NCBI GenBank assembly: GCA_964016885.1
Contig: OZ024750.1
Location: forward strand, 50,716,001-50,780,000
Reading direction: 5' to 3'
DNA from: Eledone cirrhosa
Lineage: Eukaryota
Length of the DNA stretch: 64,000 nucleotides
Shown: positions 55,601 to 64,000 of the stretch, piece after piece
Position numbering within the stretch: position 1 is the stretch's first letter
Layout: every line of letters starts with the position of its first letter
The notes under the pieces: generated by a model
Seen by the model: the letters and a program-made list of their open reading frames with translations, nothing else
Databases searched by the model: none
Told to the model about the DNA's origin: nothing
Translations under genes and position numbers: made by a program

Positions 55601-56111
55601 GACCGATTAACCCTTTGAGGCTATTACACCCCTCTCTATCGGGGCAGGCCCCTACGTAGTCCCAGCGTGCATCTAGGATACCATTCCAGTCCCCCACTAA
55701 TAGCAAGGAGCGGGACGTCCCTAGAAAAGTCTCCAGACGATGGAAGAAGTCCGGCCGCATTGACCCGAAAGGGCCGTAGGCGGCTACCAACCTAAACGCT
55801 CCGCCTTTACCACTGCCAAGGTCCAGAACCACTAGTCGACCCTCCGGGTCCAAATGTACCATCTGTGTTGCGAGACCCAGATGTTTTTGCAGCAAAACGA
55901 CAACTCCACCCCCACCTCCGGGCTGACAGAGAGATGCGTGCATCTCAAAGTCATCAAAGGTGGGGGCCAGCTGTCGCACGTTGCTGATCCGGGCCTCGCA
56001 AATAACCATCACATCTATACGTTGTGACCTGAGGTCATTTAGAAGCATTGCTTGCTTCCAAGTTGAGCCCAGGCCACGCGCATTTAAACAGCCTACTCTT
56101 AGCATAGCCAT
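52674..56111 (-). CDS. ORF2 polyprotein, 1145 aa: APE endonuclease, reverse transcriptase and C-terminal CX2CX8HX4C zinc-binding domain (L1/Tx1 clade)
   Basis: Uninterrupted frame from ATG at 56111. Motifs LNARGL, ICE, GDWN, SYLDR, SDH, GYWKLN, NFRPITLLN, LDQSKAFDRVDH, QGCPLS, YADD, LLGV, GGLG and CPRCVCDEETVAHALVHC. Confidence 0.95.
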   Translation of the reverse strand: MAMLRVGCLNARGLGSTWKQAMLLNDLRSQRIDVMVICEARISNVRQLAPTFDDFEMHASLCQPGGGGGVVVLLQKHLGLATQMVHLDPEGRLVVLDLGSGKGGAFRLVAAYGPFGSMRPDFFHRLETFLGTSRSLLLVGDWNGILDARWDYVGACPDREGCNSLKGLIGRFDLADRYRLDFPTAPTWTWANRSGSSRSYLDRFLVRIKDKDFLSCPKMRMVGYSDHKLVTCMVNLDRTHRQGPGYWKLNLSLPASRAYRNRISTLVKERLTGAIVNSRWWVSLKREIRVVSIEFSKVLAADRNRKERELIDRVEEAIRSGDVARVLASRTALSQFFDAKHEGCVVRSKIRALGNEGTKAVSWARVTEANSGTKSTIRSLRDLDGRAILEPKQMCEAFQRHFARLFGRGGEPVGNVDFGPYLDGLPRLSDREAKSCEEPISAAEIEDVLSQCGKRKSPGLDGLPYELYLAMPDLFPDLLEAVYCNWQQNGRIPCSVSKGVVTLVRKDENKGDEISNFRPITLLNTELQILAKVLAKRLALVVGNLVGDAQTCAIPSRSIHDNLHLMRYIIERVGNEPGFGGALINLDQSKAFDRVDHGYLDAVLAAAGFGPVFRGWITAMHSSRICSRVKVNGYLSEPFKIARSIRQGCPLSSLLYVLTLEPLLRKLELLQGIPLEPGLRKAVSAYADDVTVMVSTASEIEAVGTLLEEYEKFTGAKLNRDKSIGLQLGTWRGRPMPSDGVVGRWTEGPVKLLGVWFGPDLQVEKNWAEVTNRVFALTQKWASCKLSLKGRAEVANTYIASVIYYRLTVVPCPRETLTKMERALFQFLWKRRAPMVRRSICCQHPSKGGLGMPWLMMRKHALRLRHLYVFLTGQPVWASFVRRTFPRLVSLTELQSWVKQRPRKLGAWHTECAQALTALWQADPVISGDSTATFYRGLVRSRCDDALGEALDMEEDELASLFGRTFSPGPMDNFQKSLAWQCYRGALPVRERLYRHGRPGRDPAKKICPRCVCDEETVAHALVHCSGVADLWGYVEQLLSRVGPIRLTTESIVMIKPPPPFKDEAEAVFLCVIAMAKEVVWWTRLKGLRSGTFLSGQQLVRFFRYHFGRRIRMEREVLHPSRFYERWVKVARMARVNGPSLYIRL

Positions 56112-56135
56112 GTTGGTGGTGAAGAGAAAGGGCAC

Positions 56136-57929
56136 TTACCTCTCTGCGTCCCGGGTATCGGGCTGCACAATTTCCATTAGGGAGGGGGACGGGTTGTTGG
56201 GTGGGGTGGTGGTTTGTGGAAGTGTGGGGGCATCAGTGTGTTGTGTGGTTGGGGAGCTTGGAGTTGTGTGGGTGTTTGGGGAGGGGGTGGGATAGTTTTT
56301 TAGGAGGACGCGGTTAATGGGCCCGACGCAGGGGGGACCCACGTCCTCTTTAAAATTGTTTTTTAAAGTTTTATAGGTGTCCTGTGGGGCCTTAATCATT
56401 TTGAGGTGGGGGAAATCCCCTGCCTGGGTGAAGTTAGGCCCTTGTGTGTTTTATTAGATTGTTGTTGTACACAATGTTTAACAGTTTTTTGTTTCTTGTA
56501 TTTATGTATGTGTATGCATGTTTTTGTTTTTGTGTGGTGTTTTTTGTTTGCTGTTGTTGTGAGCTCTTTTGTGTTGGTGTCAGTGTTATGTTTTGGGGAG
56601 GGTTTTTTTTCATTTGTGTGTCTGAGGTGTGTTTTCTTTTTTTTCTTTTGATTGTGTGGAAGTGCTCCTCCTCGTCTGACGACGAACTAGGGTCATCTTC
56701 CGCGTTGGAGGGGAGGGGTATATTTTCGGGTTGTGTTTGCGGTACGGGTGTTTTGGAAATTGTTTTTGTTTTTTGAGTGGAGGGGATGGGTTGGACATTG
56801 TTTTGTTTTGGTTTGAGCTGTGGTGGTTGTTTTTGTAGTGGTTGTTGTGGTGATTGTGTTGGTTGTGCAGTTGTTGGTGGTGTAGGCAGGATTGGGGTTT
56901 TCTTATTAAGTTGGGGACAGACAGCCCTCAGGTGACCTCTGGTTCCGCAGAGGTAACACGAGGGCCGTCTACCCTCAACGGTAATGTTGATGAAGGTTAG
57001 ATCATCCAGTATGACGCGTTCAGGGATCTGGGCGATCCTTTCGGGCCTCATTTGAACTACAAGTTCGAGGCTCGTTCCACTGAACGCGTCACCCGATGCC
57101 TTTCCCATGGACACCAGCATGTCATCCTCCAGGTCCAGAAAACCTGTCAAAACCCACCATATGTCCATAATCGGCAGGATGGTGTGGATTTTTATTTTTT
57201 GTGTTCTTCTACCCATGTACGTAGGGTAGAAGGTGTATGCGGTGGATGTGATTGGTTTGATGGACAGTTTCACTGCTGTGTCCCTGTCCTTCATGAGAAT
57301 GGATAGACTCCCGTAGAGTCTATCCTTCTGAATGAAGGTGATGTCCTTCATGACGTCTTTTAAAACCAGCTCTATCTCGCTCTGTGATGGTTGAGCTGGT
57401 TTTTTACTTTTGTTCGAGATTGTCCTAAACATGACCGTGTTTAGGAGTCTCTGGCTTTTTAGTTCCGGGGGGGAATGGATTGTGAATGAACCATTTCCCC
57501 GTACACTATATATTTTTTCGCATCCGCCAGTAGCTCCTTCGCTTTTGTTATATCTACTGGCAGATAGTCAAGGGTTTTCCTTGTCGTCTCGGCGAAGGAG
57601 AAATTTTGTTTGTTTGTGTTGTTGTTGTCGTTGGTGGTGTTGTTGTTATCATTGTTGTTGTTGTCACCGTTATTGGTCTTGTTGTTGTTGTTATTGTTAT
57701 TGTTATTGGTGTTGTTTTCGTCCGTCGCATTGTTGTTGTTGTTGCTGTTGCTGCTGATTCTTTGGGTTGTTGCCATGGCAACGTCAAGTTGTCGGTTAAC
57801 AGGTGGAGAGAATTCTTCCTCTGGCTGACCTTTCTTCTTGACCTCTGCTACTGTGACAGTGGCAGGGGGAAGCTGTAAGTTCATCTTCCCCTTTCCTCCT
57901 TCGAATTTTGGTGAAGAAGCTTCGGCCAT
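56136..57929 (-). pseudogene. E9 ORF1 (Asn/Thr-rich N-terminus, CCHC knuckle), about two frameshifts
   Basis: Pieces 57459-57929, 56434-57432 (CYLCGTRGHLRAVC) and 56136-56399 (...MEIVQPDTRDAER*). The frameshifts could be real or assembly errors. Confidence 0.85.
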
Positions 57930-59528
57930 TTAAAAAAATATTGACTTTTCAACAAGAAAAAACTTTTTTTTTTGTTTAACTATTTCGCCCAAAGGCGTAG
58001 AATATTTTGAGAGACTGACCAGATCAAAGTTTGACCTGGCAGTCCCTCTACAAAATGGTACAAAAATTAAAGTTATCAGACAAGAATTTCTATAGAAATT
58101 TAAACAGAACTTACTCAGCAAGTTATACGCGTGTGTCCATCCCAGATAGATAGATAGATCAAACAATATATTAATATGATCGATCCTCCGAAACGATCGT
58201 AAAGCAATGATAGGAATAAGTAAAGTAACTTGATTTCACTGGATTACTCGCCATCGGATTACATTGAGTTCTATCTCACGGTACGCACCCTACCACTAGA
58301 GGTATACCATACTGAAATATATATATATATATCTATATATATAATTCCCGTTCTGTGTGTGTGTGTAAAAGAGTTTCACTTGGAAAATATTCCATCGATC
58401 TCTGTCAAATTAAACACATAGCCAAAATAGGTTTGTAACATCAAGAAAAAATTATTTCATAATGATTAATTTCGAAGTCACAAACTTCGATTTTATAATC
58501 TTATAGACTTTTGCACTAACAAATTCCATGACGGCCATAAACAGAGAGAGCGTTCCTTTTACACACTTCTTAACTCTCCCCCTTCCACAACACGACGTTA
58601 TGGGATTGTATGTGTATGTGCGTGTGTATATGTGTGTGTATGTGTTTGTGTGTGTATGTGTGCGTGCATGTGTGTGTGTGTGTAATTTCCATAACGGCCA
58701 GAGAGAGAAGGATGTGTGAGAGGGAGATAGAAAGAGAGGAGTGAGAGATAGAGAGAGTAAAATAAAGAAAGAGAGGAGTGTGTGACGCGAATATGATAAA
58801 TACAGCGTTTATAATTTTAACTTATTTATTACACATCTTAACTCTCCCCCTTCCACAACGTCACGTCTTGGGATTGTGTGCGTATGTGTGTGTGTGTATG
58901 TGTGTGTGTTTGTGTGTATGTGTGTGTATGTTTGTGTGTGTATGTGTTTGTGTGTGTGTGTACATGATGGATGTTTTAAAATACACATTGTTCAACCGAC
59001 ACGGCTAACGATACATTTCTCTATGTTCACATTTTAATGACACATATCTGTAAATAAAACTTGCTCTTTTTGAATACCGTCTCATTTTTTTTTATTGAAA
59101 GAGTTGATCAGGTAAAATTATCCTCCAAGTTAAACATACAACACGGAAATTGACCATTAACATTGCAGCCTTACCAAGAACTGACACCGTCCAATGGACG
59201 GGGGTCATTTGCTAGTATATATATAATTCTTATTACTCTTTTACCTGTTCCAGCCATCCGGCTGAGGCCATGCTGGGGCATCGCCATATATATATATATA
59301 GATATATATATGCATATACATTCTCAAATAGTATACACAGTACATGAGAATTGTTTGAAGGGCAAACATGGCTGTGGAATGCTCAGTTATTTGCGCACAC
59401 AAACTGTTCTATGTATCAAACGACGGAACCCCAACATGGCGACGATTCTGTGTTGATGAATTTATTTTGAATGTAAAGTGAAGTCAATACACATACATTA
59501 CGTTATTATTTAGCATATCACGGTGAAA

Positions 59529-59722
59529 GGGCGGTGGATTGGCAGTATCGGTAGAGGGTCGGACGCCATGCTTTGAAGCATAGAGTTACCTCCCTGATTA
59601 ATTTCGACGAGTTCAAATCCCGCCGAGGTTAACTTTGCCTTTCATCCTTACGGGGTCGATAAAATAAAGTACCAGTAATGTACTGGATAATTGCTGACCT
59701 TGTACCAAATGTAGAAACAATT
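59529..59722 (+). mobile_element. Full-length tRNA-derived SINE
   Basis: A box TGGCAGTATCGG, B box GAGTTCAAATCC; 13-bp direct repeat ATTATTTAGCATA at 59505 and 59720. Confidence 0.85.
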
Positions 59723-59944
59723 ATTTAGCATAAAACGAGTGTTGCTGAGCGCATGCGTGTTCAGAGACACACGTGAAACTCTGAGTAGTAACAGAGCAAT
59801 ATTAACGATAAGCTACAGCACATATCGTCAACGGATCATTTACAGTACACTTTTTTTCATTTAATGTGCACTAACATATAAACATATACGTATTTGTATG
59901 TGTATCGATGTATAAATGTTTATAGACATATATCTAAAGGTCTG

Positions 59945-60209
59945 TCTTAAACCAGAAGGCTCATTTGGCCGGTGCTTATACGATTTCCTGGCATGAAGCG
60001 ACTGAGTGTACAAGACTCCCCCCTGGATAGGACGCCAGCCCATCGCAGGGTTAAATTCCAAGCTACTGCTGGTACTCATATTCAGCGGAGTATACTGGAG
60101 CAACGTGAAATGAAGTGTTTTGCTCAAGAACACAACACGCAGCCCAGGAATCGAACCCACGACATTATGATAGTAAGTCCAACACTCTTACCACTAAGTC
60201 ACGCACCTC
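59945..60209 (-). mobile_element. tRNA-derived SINE, second family
   Basis: TGACTTAGTGG (A box), GGTTCGATTCC (B box), TGTGTTCTTGAGCAAAACACTT central domain. Confidence 0.8.
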
Positions 60210-60239
60210 TACATGTACATATATATGTACACACATATA

Positions 60240-60297
<58 letters not shown>

Positions 60298-60538
60298 CAC
60301 ACACATCATATATATATTTATATATGGTTGATTGAATAAACACTTGTGTTTCTGAAAGAAATTGTTTTCCGTCCGTTCCTCTTCTTTCTATTTCATCTTT
60401 TATTTCTTATTCTATCGTATGATGAAAGTCTGATGTCCGATACTTAAGGCTCCTTTCCTACTATATCGAGCGTTAAACTACTACATTTCCTCGTAGTGAC
60501 CAAAGCAACGAGAAAACTTACTCAGGAAAATATGACAA

Positions 60539-60605
<67 letters not shown>

Positions 60606-60611
<6 letters not shown>

Positions 60612-61010
60612 CAATATGTATAAATATTTCGTATCTCCAAAGAAATACGGTTTTAGGCAGCCGTAGCTATGCAAACACCGTGGGCTAACGGCCTCTGGTG
60701 ATGTCCAGCAGTAGCAAGGGGGACAACCGTCTATGCATTTCAGGCTTAACTGGCCATCGTCAAGGCGGTCGCTCCCACTGCTTGCGACTGCTGGACTAGA
60801 AGACAGGCGAGAATATATAGTTTTCTCATCTGTGTAAATGAGGTGATTAATCTGACGATGGCCAGTTAAGCCTGAAACGCATAGACGGTTGTCCACTTTG
60901 CTTCTGCTGGACATCACCAGAGGGCGTCAGCTCCCCGGTGTTTGCATAGCTACGACTTCCTAAAATCGTATTTCTTTGGAGATACGAAATATTTATACAT
61001 ATTGAATAAA
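60606..61010. mobile_element. Fold-back pLTR-derived element (arms of about 157 bp, spacer about 90 bp) with a minimal hammerhead
   Basis: Minus strand 60723-60772: GCGACCGCC-TTGACGA-stem II-GAAA-TGCA-TA-GACGGTTGT. The right arm begins at CTGACGA. Confidence 0.75.
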
Positions 61011-61440
61011 ACTATGCGTGAAGCGAAAACCTGTCAAGGCAGAATTCTAGGAGAAGGAAAACTCTGATATAACACCTGCAACCCTGATGGTGTCCAATGA
61101 TGTTGACTTGTTCTTCTTTTTGGTAAATATCATCTTGGTTAAGAGAGTGGGACTGGCTTTGTGCAGTGCCTTTGCTCACTATAAAAGCTTCACGGCACAG
61201 GCATTGCTTTATATCTGGAGATCTCTCTGCGCTTGTCGTCGCATGATACCATGGGCCCAGCACTATGTGTCAATGGTTGTCAGAAGTGTAGTGTTTGTAC
61301 CAGAGTTTTCAAGTCGCTGGCTGGACTAAAAGGTCACACTCGTTCAGCGCATCGGTAGGGGTTCTCCTACATGGATATAAAGTAGTGGCCGTACTCGAAA
61401 ACGAGTTGGCAGCCACCATATATATATATATATATATATA

Positions 61441-61641
61441 ACGAAGGAAATGTAGTAAGGAACCAGGTGGACCGTAACGCACCAAAGTACTCAATACTTA
61501 GGGTAGTAGAGGGGGTAATAGGAACAAGTAAGACCCGACGGCTGAGCTCAAGCCGTTTCGACGGCTAATTCTGGACTACTAATTCAGTCCAGAATTAGCC
61601 GTCGAAACGGCTTGAGCTCAGCCGTCGGGGTCTTACTTGTT

Positions 61642-61698
<57 letters not shown>

Positions 61699-61853
61699 CG
61701 AATAAGTACTCAATACCTAAGTTAGTAGAGTGGGTAATAGGAAAATCTATGACTCCGGTGGCAGAGCTCAAGCCGTTTAGACGGCTATTTCTGGACCAGA
61801 AATAGCCGTCGAAACGACTTGAGCTCTGCCGTCGGGGTCATACATTTTCCTAT
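61441..61853. mobile_element. Two adjacent fold-back mini-elements (61441-61645, 61697-61853) of the 48702 family, separated by (TA)n
   Basis: Each is a long palindrome centred on GACGGCTA.TTCTGG..CCAGAA.TAGCCGTC. Confidence 0.78.
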
Positions 61854-61877
61854 ATATATATGTATATATTGTTATAC

Positions 61878-63305
61878 TTTGGGAGGGTCATGTTGCCAAT
61901 AGGAAACACGCGCACCAGCTGTTTTCACTCCAATTTATTACAAATTACATTTATGAATTTAAGAATTTATAAATTTCCGGTTGGTTGGTTGGTTCCACAA
62001 CCGGACGGTTGTTCATATATTGTCAAATTTCTTTCGTCACACATCCTTTGTTCTGTCATACGCCATCTTGTTTTTGTGTGTGTTGTGTGTTTCGTTTGCG
62101 CATGTGTTACAACCAGGTGTCTGTGTGTGTTTATATTTGTTTATTTATTTGTTTATTTACATGTTACTGTTTGGTTGTATGTTCTATGTGTGTGTGTTTT
62201 CATTTTGTCCTTAATTGTGAGTTGTGATGTTGCTATTCCATTCATGTTTTCTATTTAATTTTGGTTGGAGTTCATTTATGTTTATTGCTTCTGTGATTTG
62301 TCTAAACATTGCGTCTTTTCTGTGTGTAGATTTTATTTTTATTTCTATGTTCTCTAATTTGCCCTTATGTTCTATTTTAGCATGTAGGTGGAGTACTGAT
62401 GAGACTTTTCTATCTTGAAGCTCTCGCCAGTGTTCATTTAATCGTTCTCCTATACTACGAGCTGTCTCACCTATGTACACTATATTCTTATCTTTACATT
62501 GTCCTTCAATACATCTTATGCTATATACTATGTTTCTAGTTTTACAGTTAATATGGTGCTTAATTTACAGATTATGCATTTCTTTATCTATACAGGGAGG
62601 TCTTTGAAAAGGTCATATATTACTAATAAGTGTTTTTTATGGAGGTAACTGGTCTTTCTACTAGCTTTATATTTAGTTTAAGTTTATCTAGGGCCCTTCT
62701 AAATTTGTAAGCTAATTCACCTCTAGGGGTTGTATTGATGAACATTACACTCTGGTATTTATTGCTATCATACCATCAGATTATTCTATTAACCTTATTC
62801 CTATTTCTTTCTATTCTATTCCAAAATGTGCTCCTATACAAGGGGCAGGTCCCATTTAAATCTTTATTTACAATTGTTTCCCATTTGCTTCTGGCTCCTC
62901 TATATACTCTGATTGTATCTCTCTGATTGTAACCAGAGAACACACATAGAACAAACAACCAACCAGTAACATTTAAATAATCAAATAAATAAACAAATAA
63001 AAACACACGCAGACACCCGGATGTAACACATGCGCAAACTAAGCACACAACACACACAAAAACAAGATGGCGTAGGACAGAACAAAGGAGATGCACAAAA
63101 CAAAGAGAAGAATCCCCAGTCACTGAAGAGGTCACAGAATGTGTGACGAAAGACATTTGACAATATATGAACAACCGTCCGGTTGTGGAACTAACTAACC
63201 AACCGGAAATTTATAAATTCTTAAATTTATAAATTTAATTTATAATAAATTGGGGTGAAAACATCTGGTGCGTGTGTTTCTTATTGGCAACATGACCCTC
63301 CCAAA
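61878..63305 (-). mobile_element. 5'-truncated Penelope-like element (GIY-YIG C-terminus, possibly Hydra-clade-like) between inverted pLTR copies
   Basis: NIVYAIRC...YIGETARSIGERLNEH...DAMFRQITEA...LNRKHEW with stop at 62211. Inverted repeats about 61878-62200 and 62940-63305. Hammerhead-like GTCA-CTGAAGA-GGTCACA..TGTGAC-GAAA..TT-TGAC at 63119-63161. Confidence 0.8.
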
Positions 63306-63371
63306 TTATAACAATATTGGTTTCAACACACGTTTTCAGATATATAATCTTGCTAAACAAATTCAGAAACG

Positions 63372-63409
<38 letters not shown>

Positions 63410-63829
63410 GTATATGTATAAATATATATAGATATAGATGTAGATATATACATACGTGCATACGTGTTGATATCTACATGTTACTGTGTTCATCATACAT
63501 TACGTCGTAGTATAGATTCTACTGTAAAGAAAATAAATATTTGGAGCAGATAAAATTGAGAAAAATATGGAAACAATACTACAACAAACACCAAAAAATT
63601 TAAAAGAAGGCCTCCCAAAAATCATTATTCAGTTAAACAGTGTTGTATGCATTTTTTCTATTTTGTCGAGTCGTGTTTAAGCTGGCAATATTAGTTTGGT
63701 CGTTATATTTAATAGTTTCTTACTCAGCTATTTAAAAGCAACAGACATTTCAGAGATTACATTTAAGAAGTATTTTCAAAGGAGTTACATTCACTCAAAT
63801 GTATTTCCTTTCTTTTGGTTTCTTTTATG

Positions 63830-63862
<33 letters not shown>

Positions 63863-63871
63863 CTGCGCGTA

Positions 63872-63954
<83 letters not shown>

Positions 63955-64000
63955 GTATTTTTGTATTTCTTCTCCCACTTTATTTACTTCTTTTTCTGCT

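Larger units (their letters stand above)
52410..58143 (-). mobile_element. L1/Tx1 copy E9, full-length with intact ORF2
   Basis: 5' UTR, ORF1, ORF2, 3' UTR and AATAAA; GATA runs at 52395-52410 and 58144-58159. Confidence 0.96.

Noticed and set aside
56098-56139. A 42-nt intron fusing ORF1 in frame to ORF2 (acceptor CTAAG|A)
   Set aside because: Very short, a weak AAG acceptor, and the AG is absent in E2 (CGA). The distal acceptor fits better.
53320-56295. Plus-strand ORFs antisense to ORF2 that recur in several copies
   Set aside because: Shadow frames of a GC-rich coding region, repeated because the element is repeated.
58100-58150. HDV-like ribozyme at the element 5' end
   Set aside because: I could not build the nested double pseudoknot. 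Only a short hairpin with the flanking TATC is visible.
61020-61400. Moderately GC-rich stretch with short ORFs
   Set aside because: No recognisable domain; left unassigned.

Overview
Eukaryotic, AT-rich, microsatellite-dense DNA with no recognisable host gene or CRISPR array. The tRNA-derived SINEs and the repeat landscape suggest an octopus (cephalopod) genome; this is an inference. The dominant feature is two co-oriented, head-to-tail clusters of L1/Tx1-clade non-LTR retrotransposons (about 6.7-24.9 kb with 7 copies, and about 52.0-58.1 kb with 2 copies), all on the minus strand, with (GATA)n at nearly every junction. One copy has an intact 1145-aa EN-RT ORF2. The most interesting signal: in three divergent subfamilies a consensus 5' splice donor overlaps the ORF1 stop codon (AG|GTAAGT, AG|GTAGGT, AG|GTGAGT). 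ORF2 always ends in a pyrimidine-preceded TAG that looks like a 3' acceptor. The whole ORF2 may therefore sit in a spliceosomal intron whose removal regenerates the same ORF1 end. A second candidate intron of 67-72 nt lies in the 5' UTR. The window also holds many Penelope-like (GIY-YIG) remnants and hammerhead-ribozyme elements in (TA)n, including a 591-bp tandem retrozyme-like unit and several fold-back palindromes. Remaining content is decayed RTE, CR1-group, CRE-like and R4/Dong-like LINEs, an internally deleted mariner and SINEs. All splice and ribozyme calls were made by eye and are untested.
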